Below are positions 12,481 through 24,900 of a DNA stretch of 64,000 nucleotides, piece by piece. The stretch spans positions 24,568,725 through 24,632,724 of the forward strand of contig NC_057734.1 of NCBI RefSeq assembly GCF_004010195.1, read 5' to 3'. The DNA is from Chiloscyllium plagiosum (lineage: Eukaryota). Below the pieces are notes generated by a model. That model did no database searches. It saw only the letters and a list, made by a program, of their open reading frames with translations, and was not told the DNA's origin. Made by a program: the position numbers and the translations under genes. The stretch's first letter is position 1. Every line of letters begins with the position of its first letter.

Positions 12481-12836
12481 ATGGTTAATTATTTAAAAAT
12501 CAGGAGGGGCATAGATAAGGTGAATAGCAAAGATCGTTTCCCGAGATGGGGGAGTTCAAACCTAGGGGCAATTTTTAAGGTGAGAGCAGAAAGATTTAAA
12601 AGGGACCTGAGGGTCATCTTTTTTAGAGTGGTTAATATGTGGAATGAACTGCCAAAGGAAGTAGATGATAGTGCAATTACAACATTTAAAAGACATTTGG
12701 ACAGGTACATGAATAGGAAAGGTTTAGAGAAATATGGGCCAAATGGAGGCAAGTAGGACTAGTTTAGTTTTGAAACTCGGTCAGCATGGATTAGTTGGAC
12801 AGAGGGTCTATCTCTGTGCTGTATGACTTTATGACT
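12481..12836 (+). mobile_element. CR1 3' end
   Basis: RVVNMWNELP, TFKRHLDRYMNRKG and tail tgctgtatgactttatgac. Confidence 0.9.
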
Positions 12837-12938
12837 GAGTTAAGCCATGCTCTAATTGAATAATGGAATGGTTCATATGTTCCAACATTTCAAGGCTGCA
12901 TGTCAGATATTCAACTAACGAGCTGTTCTTTTTTGTAG

Positions 12939-13007
12939 AACGAAGCTGACAGAACCTTGATTTATATCACTCTTTATATTACTGAGTGCCTCAAAAGATT
13001 ACAAAAG
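12939..13007 (+). CDS. ARPC3: ARPC3 exon 4
   Basis: ttttgtag / gtaaga; 69 nt encoding [23 protein letters not shown]. Confidence 0.97.
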
Positions 13008-13431
13008 GTAAGAAAAAGTACTGTTTTATAAAATCTCACTTTAACTTTCGCTTGCCTTGCTTTGTCAGCCTTGAAGTTTGACAGGCAGACTAGCTTCAAA
13101 CTATTTTGGTGCTACTCCAGCCAGTTCCGCCCAGCAGATATGTGATCTGAAGACTTTGCTTTATAGCTGGAGTCAGGAAGTTAGTTCATTGAGGTGGAAT
13201 GGTGGTTAGAATGTTTCTGCTGCATTAAACATTTGCATGAAAAGTTTTTACAAATATGGTGGAAAAATAGGAGCAGCCCTTATTAAGTGAGGCTGCTGCA
13301 GTATTTTGCACATGTGGTGAATTGTGAGCTAATAGTGTTTTTTTCATAAAATAGCATGCATTTCATCCCTTTTATATTTCAGGATTATTTTGGAATGTGA
13401 CCAAGCTTTTCATTTTTTCTATTTTACACAG

Positions 13432-13558
13432 TGCAATTCCAAAAATCAAGGAGAGAAGGAAATGTACACCTTGGGGATAACTAACTTTCCCATTCCTGGA
13501 GAGCCAGGCTTTCCTCTTAATGCCATGTATGCAAAGCCAGGACACAAGCAGGAAGATG
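13432..13558 (+). CDS. ARPC3: ARPC3 exon 5
   Basis: ttacacag / gtatga; 127 nt encoding [42 protein letters not shown]. Confidence 0.97.
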
Positions 13559-14306
13559 GTATGAGGATGCAGCATCATTCCAATCAAATAATCTATTATT
13601 AAAGGAAGAAAAAACTTATTTAGTCAGTTTTTCTACTAATATTTTTATTTTAAAAACAAATTGCAGAATGCTTGTCATGCCTCAGTCACAAGTAAATTTT
13701 ATACTGATTTAAGCTTAGTTCCACATTATGATTGAAAAATACTGAAATACTGAAATTAAAATTTAGCTTTATGGTTCAGAATCCTCCTTTTAATTTCTCG
13801 ATTTATGCTTTTAGTCAATTCAAGTTGTACACTACCTCTGAGAAAAAGACCCTTTCACTGCTTCTAGAAATTTACCAGAGAAGGTTTGAAATTAACGAGT
13901 GAAATGTAGGAATAGGGGCTTTGAATATTCCAATTTTCTCTCACTCCTTTTTGATAACCACTGCAATTGTGTGGCTAGGAGCTCAGTGTCAATGAAGAAG
14001 GTTAAACCTGAATCCCTCCATTATGTGATATATACACTGGTAGTCCAGTCCACTTTTTACACAAAATATAAGTGAACATTATATTTTGTGGATTGAATGC
14101 ACATCCTTGCATGTGATCTAATTTTGCATAAAATAAATATTTTACTTCTAACTTTGAAGGATTCAGGAATTTTAACTGTTTTACATTGAACAAAGCTGAA
14201 ATGTCTAGTGTACTTTACATTGAGATTTGGTAGTTGATTGTCATTTATAATGTGTGTCCAGAGAATTGATTGTTCATGATCATGTGTATTCTGGTTACTT
14301 TTTCAG

Positions 14307-14401
14307 AGATGATGAGGGGTTATTTGCAGCAGATCAGGCAAGAGACTGGACTGAGACTTTGTGAAAAAGTGTTTGATCAACAGACTGACAAACCCAGCAA
14401 G
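14307..14401 (+). CDS. ARPC3: ARPC3 exon 6
   Basis: tttttcag / gtaagc; 95 nt encoding (E)[31 protein letters not shown]. Confidence 0.97.
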
Positions 14402-15074
14402 GTAAGCAGCTATATTTTGGACTTTAAATTATGACTGTCATTTATATTTGCTGCTTGCCTAAAAGATTAAAGCAGTAAATTAACTGCCACAAAAAAAGTT
14501 AACCACAGCTATTGGTTTTAAAGGGTGGGTTAGAATCCTACTGGGATATAGGATGGGACTGCAGAAATGAAAAGAAATAAAAATAAAAAGCGGGCCATAC
14601 CATCAGTGCTTCACCGGAGCCTCTCTGATGATGTTACCTAGTGTGGTGATGAAACGTCTGAAAGCGAACCTTCCAGCTCAGTGAGCAAACTTACATCTAG
14701 GACAGGACTGTGTTCCAGGGCACTGCTGGGAGGTTTTTGAGAGTAGGCTAAATGGACCAATGGTTTTCTCCTGCCTGGACTTTTTTTTTGACATATTCTT
14801 GTTGAGTTCTCAGCCCAAAGACAAGTCAGTTGACGCAGTACTGCAACCTCCATTAGAAGGAGGCAACGGACCACCTGAGCTGGAATTAGGAATGAATTCA
14901 GTACTATTGGGACCAACCTGAACCACATTGGCTGTGCAGTTAACTGCCACCGAAGAAGTCCGAATTACTGTGGCAATATACACTTTTATGTACGTGTTAC
15001 TGTCTGAAACTATGGATAGTGATGATAGAGGCTTTAATCACTTGCTGCCAAATGACTGACCAAAAAAAAAATCA

Positions 15075-15959
15075 GTTCCAAAAACGTACAACCGAGATGG
15101 CCTCCTTCTTCAAGGACCGCAATTTCCCCCCCGACATGGTCGGCGATGCCCTCCACCGCATCTCTTCCACTTCCCGCTCCTCCGCCTTTGAGCTCCGCCC
15201 CTCCAACTGCCACCAGGACAGAACCCCACTGGTCCTCACCTACCACCCCACCAATCTCCATGTACAGCGCATCATCCGCCGTCATTTCCGCCACCTCCAA
15301 ANNNNNNNNNNNNNNNNNNNNNNNNNNNNNNNNNNNNNNNNNNNNNNNNNNNNNNNNNNNNNNNNNNNNNNNNNNNNNNNNNNNNNNNNNNNNNNNNNNN
15401 NNNNNNNNNNNNNNNNNNNNNNNNNNNNNNNNNNNNNNNNNNNNNNNNNNNNNNNNNNNNNNNNNNNNNNNNNNNNNNNNNNNNNNNNNNNNNNNNNNNN
15501 NNNNNNNNNNNNNNNNNNNNNNNNNNNNNNNNNNNNNNNNNNNNNNNNNNNNNNNNNNNNNNNNNNNNNNNNNNNNNNNNNNNNNNNNNNNNNNNNNNNN
15601 NNNNNNNNNNNNNNNNNNNNNNNNNNNNNNNNNNNNNNNNNNNNNNNNNNNNNNNNNNNNNNNNNNNNNNNNNNNNNNNNNNNNNNNNNNNNNNNNNNNN
15701 NNNNNNNNNNNNNNNNNNNNNNNNNNNNNNNNNNNNNNNNNNNNNNNNNNNNNNNNNNNNNNNNNNNNNNNNNNNNNNNNNNNNNNNNNNNNNNNNNNNN
15801 NNNNNNNNNNNNNNNNNNNNNNNNNNNNNNNNNNNNNNNNNNNNNNNNNNNGCTGGACACTCTTTCCTCATTCCTGAAGAAGGGCTTATGCCCGAAACGT
15901 CGATTCTCCTGTTCCCTGGATGCTGCCTGACCTGCGCTTTTCCAGCAACACATTTTCAG
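15075..15959 (+). mobile_element. Penelope-like insertion spanning assembly gap 15302-15851
   Basis: MASFFKDRNFP...PLVLTYHP on the left, terminal repeat with hammerhead motif (15874) on the right; 14-bp TSD caaaaaaaaaatca at 15061-15074 and 15960-15973. Confidence 0.88.
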
Positions 15960-16869
15960 CAAAAAAAAAATCACTCCTCTTACCATTTACTATTGGTATT
16001 TTTGGAAGGAATTCCAAATTGATACTCAAAATGTTTAGCCAAGTTATGAATGCACTTGCCTTAACCATCAAGTCCTGGACTGGGACTTGAAAACCGAATT
16101 CAGACTTAGGCAGCGGCAAACCACAAGACGTCCTATGGTATTAAAATACAGGACTCCTTTTGGTTTGGTCCATTAGAGTGATATTGTATTTATTCAGTGC
16201 CAACAGGACAAATATTTATACGTGCTATCCTAGAAAGAGGCTGCCACTAAAACAAAATGGCTGATTCAATCAATTCAAACTGCATATTAATGAAATGAGC
16301 CATATCGTATGGTGCCTGTCAGTGATGGAAAGCAATAAGACAAGATGGTTTTAGACCGGATCATTGTTTCATCTAATATTACTGTGCTTCCTAAATCCAA
16401 ATTAATTTATAAGCACTTTTTTTTCAAAATCATCTACCATGAATAATGTATCAAACTTAACCTTAAAAAGTAACTTCTATTTTATAGCTTCACTTACTCT
16501 CAGCAATTTATTAAATCGCACGACCTATGTGTTCTACTAAACTTTAAATTTGCTCGATCTTTATCTTTTTTTTTTGAAAAATATTTATAGAATTTTTTTT
16601 TGCAGTTATTGTGTGACATGACATGGTAAATGATTTCTCTGGTGACTTAATGGTTTATTTTTAACAGGAGTCTTCTGTTTCCTGAATACAAGCCCTTAAG
16701 TTAAGCCCTTTCCGAAACACATGTTAAACACCTTGTCTGACACAAGTCAAGTAGTTTTAAATAACCATTGGGAAATTTGGAGTAATTTCTCTTTAACATT
16801 ACTAAATATTACCAAGTATGTGATAAATTTAAGTTTTGTATTTTTGTTTATAATAAATGCTACAATATA

Positions 16870-17700
16870 CCATAAAGTAGTGAGACCACACCTAGGGTAC
16901 TGCATATGGTTTAGACCCCTTTATATATTAGAGATCTATTTAGAGTCATAGAGATGTACAGCATGGAAACAGACCCTTCAGTCCAGCCCATCCATGCTGA
17001 CCAGATATCCCAATGTAATCTAGTCCCACCTGGCCCATATCCCTCCTATTCATATACCCATCCAAATGCCTTTTAAATGTTGCAATTGTACCAGCCTCCA
17101 CCACCACCTCTGGCAACTCATTCCATACCCATACCACCCTCTGTGTGAAAAAGTTGCCCTTTAGGTCTCTTTTATATCTTTCCCCTCTCACCCTAAACCT
17201 AGGCCCTCTAGTTCTGGGGACATTTGCATTAGAAGCAGCTGAGAGAAAGTTCAATAGGTTGATGAAAGGGTTACCTTGTGGGAAAAGATTGAGCAGGTTG
17301 GGCTTGCATTCATTGAAATTTAGCAGCATGTGTGATGATCTTATTAAAACATAGATTCTGAGGGGGTTTAATATAGTGAATCCAAAGAGGAGGTTTTCCC
17401 TCATTGTGGGGCATCTAAAAGTACAGGCAGAGTTTCAAGAAATGGGTCTCCCATTTAAGATACAAATAAATCTGCCTCTTGAGGTATTAATTTTTGGAAT
17501 TCTGTAATCCAGCGAGCAGTGGCAGCTAGGTGATTGAATATATTTGAGGCTAAATTAGGCTGTCATTTGATCTACAAGGGAGTCTAGAGTTCTGGGGAAC
17601 AATAGGAAAATGGAATCAAGGTCACAGTGATATCAACAATGACCTTATTGAATGGCAGAGTAGGTTTGAGGGACCAAATAATCTATTCCTGCTCCTGTTT
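16870..17700 (+). mobile_element. Old CR1 (+) with a younger CR1 3' end inserted in reverse (about 16940-17220)
   Basis: VRPHLGYC...ALEAAERKFNRL on +; FFTQRVVWVWNELP on -. Confidence 0.8.
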
Positions 17701-18040
17701 CTTTCTTTAAATCATTTTGTTTGGAAAGTCTGACATTTTCAACATCTCATTGGAGAACAAGTTTGCTCTTGGATTTTATGATGATGAGGATGTACTATAT
17801 TTGGTGAGAAGATGGCTGATGAGATGCAGAACAAAGATTTTTTTGTGTAATTACCAATGGGACTTAACCTTCGTAAACCTACTGCATCACCTTTTTAAAA
17901 TTTATACATGGGATATTGGTATCACTGGCTAAGGCAGCATTTATTGCTCATCAATAATTGCTTGGATAGCAGTTAAGATGAAACTACTTTGCTGTGGTTC
18001 AAGAGTCACATAATAGCCAGACCAGGTAAGTATGGCAGAT

Positions 18041-18953
18041 CAATAATTTTAGAATTTGAACACCACCTTCTACGTCCTTCACCTACCTCAACACTCCAGG
18101 CCGCTCCCTCACCACCAGACGCCTGGAGGAAGAATGCCTCCTCTTCCGCCTCGGAACACTTCAACCCCAGGGCATCAATGTGGACTTCAACAGTTTCCTT
18201 ATTTCCCCTTCCCCCACCTCACCCTAGTTTCAAACTTCCAGCTCAGCACTGTCCCCATGACTTGTCCTACTTGCCTATCTCCTTTTCCACCTATCCACTC
18301 CACCCTCTCCTCCCTGACCTATCACCTTCATTCCCTCCCCCACTCACCTATTGTACTCTACGCTACTTTCTCACCACCCCCACCTTCCTCTAGCTTATCT
18401 CTCCACGCTTCAGGCTCTCTGCCTTTATTCCTGATGAAGAGCTTTTGCCCAAAACGTCGATTTCGCTGCTCCTTGGATGCTGCCTGAACTACTGTGCTCT
18501 TCCAGCACCACTAATCCAGAACCTGTCATTATATTCTTCATTTCCTGAAGAAGGGCTTATGCTCGAAACGTCGATTCTCCTGTTCCTTTGATGCTGCCTG
18601 CCCTGCTGCGCTTTTCCAGCAACACATTTTTAAGTCCTGTCATTATATGGGTTGCTTGCAGCACAGCCAACCCATTTTCACCGAATTATGGTCCCATTGT
18701 ACGCTTTCTTTCTCCCTAGCATATTATAATCCATCACTTTACCTAACTGTCATTTCTTTTCTGGACTTTATTTCCATTTATCTGCTTAGCACCCCCTTCT
18801 AACTCACCCACCCACCCACACGAATTGTTCAGCATATATACCTCTTTTCCTCGCTACTGTCAGTTATGAAGAAGAGTCACTAGAAACACTAGCTCTGCTT
18901 TCTCTCCACAGATGCGTCCCGACCTATTGAGTTTCTCCAGTAATTTCTGTTTT
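18041..18953 (+). mobile_element. Cluster of Penelope 3' ends inserted into a tRNA-derived SINE (about 17893-18040 and 18954-19141, -)
   Basis: Three successive Penelope-type termini; SINE halves are collinear and share taag(t/g)atggcagat at 18027-18040 and 18954-18967. Confidence 0.8.
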
Positions 18954-19262
18954 TAAGGATGGCAGATTTTCTTCCCTAAAGAACATTAGTGAACCAGTTG
19001 GGTTTTTACAACAATCGACAGGTCACATGATCAGCATTTGACTTTTTTCCCAGTTTCCCACCATCTGTCATAGCCTCAGAACATTAGCCTGGATTCTGGA
19101 TTACTAGTGCAGTAACATTACCTCTATGCCCCGACCTCCCTCTGATACATTGTTTGGCCCAAGCTTTCTTTCTCTAATGTCTTTTTTTTCTGGTCCCTCA
19201 TCCAAGTGAAACAAATTGTAGTACTGAAATTAAATAAGCACAGTACTGGAATTGAACGTAAA

Positions 19263-19582
19263 ATTAGATTAGATTAGATTCCCAACAGTGTTGAAACAGG
19301 CCCTTTGGCCCAACAAGTCCACACCGACCCTCCGTACAGTAACTCACCCAGACCCATTTCCCTCTGACTAATACACCTAACACTGTGGGCAATTCAGCAT
19401 GGCCAATTCACCTTATCTGCACATCTTTGGACTGTGGGATAAACCAGAGCATCCGGAGGAAACCCACGCAGACACGGGGAGAATGTGCAGACTCCACACA
19501 GACAGTTGCCCGAGGTTGGAATGAAACCTGGGTCCCTAGTGCTGTGAGGCAGCAGTGCTAACCACTGAGCCACCATGCCGCC
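19263..19582 (-). mobile_element. Full-length HE1-type V-SINE (tRNA-derived)
   Basis: Head ggcggcatggtggctcagtggttagc with A box and degenerate B box; V-domain tgtgtggagt..gcacattctccccgtgtctgcgtgggtttcctccgg; CR1-like tail with (aatct)n. Confidence 0.9.
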
Positions 19583-20269
19583 CCCCCCCCCCCCATTGGT
19601 GATATATAAAGTGCTCAAATTCTGAGTATTAATACACTTATAAATAATGCTTGCCTAAAATGTGTCTGAAGTTTGATGCAGATCAGAATATTGAAATTTC
19701 TGTAGGTTTCTACAATTTTTTAAGAATGTGGATTTCGGGGCCTTTTATGACACTGCAATCCACAGAAAATCTGGAGGACGTTCTCCATTTTTGAGTTGTC
19801 TCAGGAATCCAAATCTTGTCAGAAATCAGAATATTTCTTCCATCATTTAAGAATGGTTCTTGATGGGATTAAAGAAGGAGCAGTACTGACATTGTTTCCT
19901 TCTCCAAACTAAAAGACAAATTTAGGGAATGTTAAGATGAAGAATTAAAGATAAAATTATTTATAGACTTTTACATGATGGATGTTTAATCTCGGGTGAG
20001 GAAAACTGACCTAATCTGAATTGTTATATCATGTTTTGCTTAATTTTTTAGAGGATCATTTATGCAATAATGAAGTCACCTGCAGTTTACTCCTACAAGA
20101 GGAGGATGGTTTATTTAACATAAATTTGTATTTTTTAAAAATAGGGTTGTAGGGGAAGAACATGTTTTCTGGTTGACTCTTCCCTATTGCAATTCATGGT
20201 TACAGATGATATGATTTTAAACTAATGAGAATGGAACAGAGAATCTTAATTTTCTTTTTGTCTTTCTAG

Positions 20270-20332
20270 TGGTGGACATGTTTTATAAAGAAGCAGTTCA
20301 TGAACAAAAGCCTGTCAGCACCAGGACATTAA
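20270..20332 (+). CDS. ARPC3: ARPC3 exon 7 (terminal coding part)
   Basis: tctttctag acceptor; WWTCFIKKQFMNKSLSAPGH-stop. The seven exons sum to 537 nt = 178 aa plus stop, the canonical ARPC3 length. Confidence 0.97.
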   Translation, partial: WWTCFIKKQFMNKSLSAPGH

Positions 20333-20453
20333 TATCAGAAAAATAATTTAAAAAGGTGAAACAGCTGAAACACCTGATGTGCAAGATGTCATGCAGCAAG
20401 ATGTACAAAATCTTTTGCCTTGTTTCATATGATTTTATACAGGGTTTGGATAC

Positions 20454-20974
20454 AATAAAAGTAGTGTTATTCTGAACAGCATTTTTTAAAAGGTGAAGAC
20501 TATTAAATACTTGGCATGGTATAATTTACTTGAGAGCTTCTTAGTTTGTGCCTGAATGGTAATCAGTAAGTCTAATATTTGAAAGCTATACCCTGATTCC
20601 CAGTGACTATTGTCATCACATTGCATGTTATTGCATCAGTATGTAAGCTGATGGTGCTTGCACAACTATATTAGTATTAGCAATATTGGTATTTCTCTCC
20701 TGTGACTGGTCTTAGAATACTACTAGTTGTAGTTTATAATAATGTTCATTTTCTGCTGTTTAACACGATTTTCTCAGCTGTAAGGAACAAACATAGTTAA
20801 ATCAGAACCTTCTTGATTGCCAAGCTTTAATACGGATTAAGCTAGCTTTCCATATTTTGGCAAAAAATGTTAATTGTTTTCTTTTTTTAAAAGAAAATGG
20901 ACTAATAAACTGTTGGACATCAAGTGGGCCTTACTGAAGTCATTCATGAAAAGACAGCTGGAAATTGCAATAAA
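20454..20974 (+). terminator. Candidate ARPC3 polyadenylation signals (AATAAA at 20454, 20904, 20969)
   Basis: Three AATAAA hexamers in repeat-free AT-rich sequence after the stop codon; which is used cannot be determined from sequence. Confidence 0.55.
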
Positions 20975-21373
20975 AATAATTTTAAGATCTCAAAATATAA
21001 AATACTCAATTCTTGATTGAATTGGTAGTATAAGGAATTGAATACATTCATTTATCAGAACTGCTACATGGTGGTAATAGCACTTCAAACTATTATACAC
21101 TATACAGCATGGCTAAATGTTGAAGTCTTTATTGTTGCCATTCAGTACAGTTGATAGGGTTGAATGCAAGTCTTACTCTTTGGGAAAACCACTTACTAGT
21201 GTGATAATCCCTACAAGGCCCATAGGAAATCACTAATTAATCTCCTAGAGCTTGTTGAGTATGAGTTGCCTTGGTAACAGGCAGTGGCCTGCCCAGCTGG
21301 AAGTCATCACCTGAGACTTTTACAGCCCATGTCAGTGATGGAGCCTCCATTGTTTCCACACTCAGCTTTCCTT

Positions 21374-21645
21374 GGGGAGGCAAGTGGTATTATCACTAGA
21401 ATTTGAATTCAATAAAAATCTGGAATTGGGAATCTAGTGATGACAAATGAAAAGTTGTCAATTGTTGTAAAGTCCATCTGGTTCATTAATATACTTCAGG
21501 GAGGAAAATCTGCCAACTTTACATTGTCTGGTCTATATGTGACTCCAGACCACAGCAATGTGGTTGAATCTCAACTGCCCCCGGACAAACAAATGCTGGC
21601 CTGACCTGTGACACCTGCATCCTGTCAATGAATAATAAATAAAAT
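21374..21645 (+). mobile_element. tRNA-derived SINE, second family (internally deleted copy)
   Basis: Shares gaatttgaattcaataaaaatct, ctggttcattaat and tgtgactccagac..cagcaatgtggttga with copies at 27380, 46513 and 49527. Confidence 0.8.
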
Positions 21646-21995
21646 AGGGCCATGTGAAGGGCTCTCTTGTGGCGCAGACTTAGAGACTCTACTCCTGGAC
21701 TAGGAGGCCTGCGTTCAAGTCCCATTCACTCCAGAAGTATGTAATGACATCTCTGAATAGGTTGATTAGAAAAATAGGGCCTGTATGAACGGGTCTCTTA
21801 CAGTGTAATGGTAGTGTCCCCAGCCCTGGACCAGGAGACCTGGGTTCAAGTGCCACTTGCTTTGGTGGTGTGTAATAAGATCACTGAATAGGTTGATTAG
21901 AAAATATATTAAGTAATAGTAGTGTTCCACATTACACTGAGCCAAGAGACGTGGGTGGGTGTGTCATAACACTTCTGAACAGGTTGATGGAAATA
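21641..21995 (+). repeat. Tandem array of about 130-bp tRNA-like (A box/B box) units, about 3 diverged copies
   Basis: aaaatagggc...gttcaagt(c/g)cca...gtaat..ctgaataggttgattagaaaa repeated at 21641 and 21772; shortened third copy ends ctgaacaggttgatggaaa. Confidence 0.75.
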
Positions 21996-24900
21996 ACTAC
22001 TGTCTCAGTAATTCATATGAGAAATATAAATCTTAGAGAAAATGTAAAGGCTTGAATAGTGTGGTGGGTCTGCAAAACTGTCTATCCTGGGTTGGACTAA
22101 CCGATGTACACAAGTAGTGGCACTATTTTGGTGTTTAACAATTACTACGTTCCTTTGCAGTCACATTTCTTGAATTCTGGCAAGTGTTAGAGACCTTGCT
22201 GTCCATATGTCCTTAAAGCAGATTAAGTTAATTATAAAAGTAAGATTTTTTTTTAACAAACTACCACCAGAAAAGTTGATAGAATGTGATTCCATAATTG
22301 TAAATGGAAATGGACAGGTCTAAGATTAGGAATATATCGGGGTATAAACAAAAAGCACAGATAGGGGACTTAGCATTACCACTCATCTGGTATTTGCATA
22401 AATTAGATAATCTCTTGTACAGCATTAAGATGTCAGTGTTTGGCTTTATATACCACAGTACCTAGTCCCAAAAATTACATTCATTTAATCCAAAGTCTTT
22501 TCAGCTCAAATTTTCCTTAGTATTTGTTCTGCAATTTAACTGTTTTTGAAGAAAGGTTATAGCAGCTATTTTGGTAACCATTAAACCATTTATGGGGATC
22601 CATACTTTTAAGTTTGCACAAAGCTGCATAATAGAATAACAGTACAAAAAAAAGTGTCAGAAATCTGAAACAAAAACAGGAACTGCTGGAGAAATCAGCA
22701 GGTCTGACAGCATGATTCTGAAACAGACTGCTTTCTCTCCACACCTGCTGAGGTTCTCCAGCAATTTCTGTTGTTTCAGAATAAAAATCTACTTCAACAC
22801 ACTGATGGTAGTTTAGCACAGGAGATGCTTACATTTGACTCATTGCAAAATAAGCTTTATTCCTCATCATCCAGCGAGTAAATTTCGTAAGGTTAAGTGT
22901 ATGAATGTTCAGAGCAATATCTGTTTAGTCAGTTAGTTGATTGTAGTTATGTTTGTAAGTAATTTTTTTAAAGATAGAAAACCGTGTTGATTTTATAATC
23001 TTTAAGACTAAAACAGATTAACATAGTAAGTAAAATCAGCCAGGCAGTCAGAAGAGGATTACAATAAATCTAGTCTTTGAGACATTTTCTACATCAAAAA
23101 TGCTACATAATGTGTTTAATTTGATACAGAGAAATTGTTAGTCAAATCAATGAATTGACCTAAAAGCTTGGTCAAAGAGATTGGCTTTAAGGAAGATCTT
23201 TGAGAGAGGCTGAGGGAATTCCAGATTTAAATGACTAAAAGCACTCACTGTAACTGATAGTGGGGGAAATACAAGAGTTCACTGAAGTTGTTGCTGATCC
23301 AGTTTACAAATTCCTCAGAGTGGCATGATCTGCTTTTGTCCTTGCAATTCTCCGAGTCATGATCCAGGTATTATCTGGGGGTCACCATCTATGGGATAAA
23401 CACTTTACTGTAAGTCTGTGTTTCTAAAACTGGCTGCCAGGAGATGAATAAAATTGTAATGGATAGGAGCCATCACTACAGTTTAGCAGTTCTTAATGTA
23501 TTTTGTAATCTTTGTTTGCTATTTATTTAGTTTGCTTTGTGTTACTATCTGGTACTATCATGTATGCGTTGTAATTTATTTATCCCACTTTGAAACTGGT
23601 TTCATACCCTAGCTAGTTGTAATTAACAGTACTCATTAATACATTGTTTCTTACCCTTCATTTTGAATTGGTCAGTCTTATGAAGGAGACTAATTCAGAT
23701 TTGAAAACAGCATCTACAAGAATGGTAGGGAATGAAAGGAGGAATCTTGTGTAAAATGAAGGTATGTTGGAGATGAATACTCCATATTTTATCAGTTATT
23801 ATAAATAGTGTAGTAGAGAAGGGGGATGGAATAATTGTTACACCACATAAAATGAATTAATTGGAAATAAGAGAAAAACATAAGATGGAAAAGTCACTAG
23901 GACTGGATGGGAAGCTCTGGCCTTGTGCAAATCGTGTCATGGGGCTGAAAAGTAACCAGTTTATTCGAGATCAAATTAGAGACTATTTAAAAATGCATCA
24001 GTTGTTTTAGTCAGACATCATGGATTTGGTAAAGGTAAATCTTTTTTTGAAGAGATGATCAGGTAAAGAAAGTACTGTAGATCAGTGTACGTGAATCTCA
24101 GGTGTTGAGAAGAGGCATTTTGAAAAAGTATTTTCAGTATATTACAAGAAAAAATGTAACATGGGCTACATGTTGGATTAAATGATTATATTTGGATTTT
24201 TTAAATTAATTCATAGGATGCAAGTGTTGCTAGCCTCAAACAGCATTTATTGCTCCCATCACTAATTGCTTTGGAGAAGGGTGACCAGACTAGTGATTCC
24301 AGTAATCACTACTTGGTACATCGTTGTTCTTTAACATGTGGGGATGATTTAGGCTTGAAGAGGATACAAAATGCTTTTAAGTTTTTCGTCTTCAGCTAAT
24401 TTTAATGATTTGGAAAATAGGAGGATTATAACAGTATAGAATGGTTGATACATCAGTTGCAACTGAAAATGGATAAATGGGAGGTAATTTCCATGGGAAA
24501 TGATGAACAGAAGTTCACATTGTGGTTTGAGCATGGATGAGTACAGATACCTTGAATTTCAATTTGATAATCTCAAAAAGTAAATAATTATGAACTAAAC
24601 TAATAACATTTTGAACTGTCATGATAGAGGCAAAGAGGATAAGAGAAAAAAATTATAGTAAACCTGTACAAAACATTAGTCAGGCCACAGTGATGAGTAC
24701 AGCTTTGGACATCACGTAAGATTACAAAGCCATTGAGCATATATAATGTAAATTTACTAGAGTGAGGTTTCTGATGGGAAAGTACTTAGAAAATTGAGTT
24801 ATTGGGACTAATTCTACTTGAGCGAAGAGAATTTTTTTAAAAACGAAGGGTCTGTTTTTTGAATATAAAAAAAAAAGCTATTTTGTTGCTTTTGGGATTC

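Noticed and set aside
15019-15986. Long ORFs of 199-303 aa
   Set aside because: Artefacts of translating through the 550-N assembly gap.
21661-21860. Possible tRNA genes
   Set aside because: A and B boxes are present, but I found no consistent acceptor or anticodon stems and no oligo-T terminator; treated as SINE-like units.
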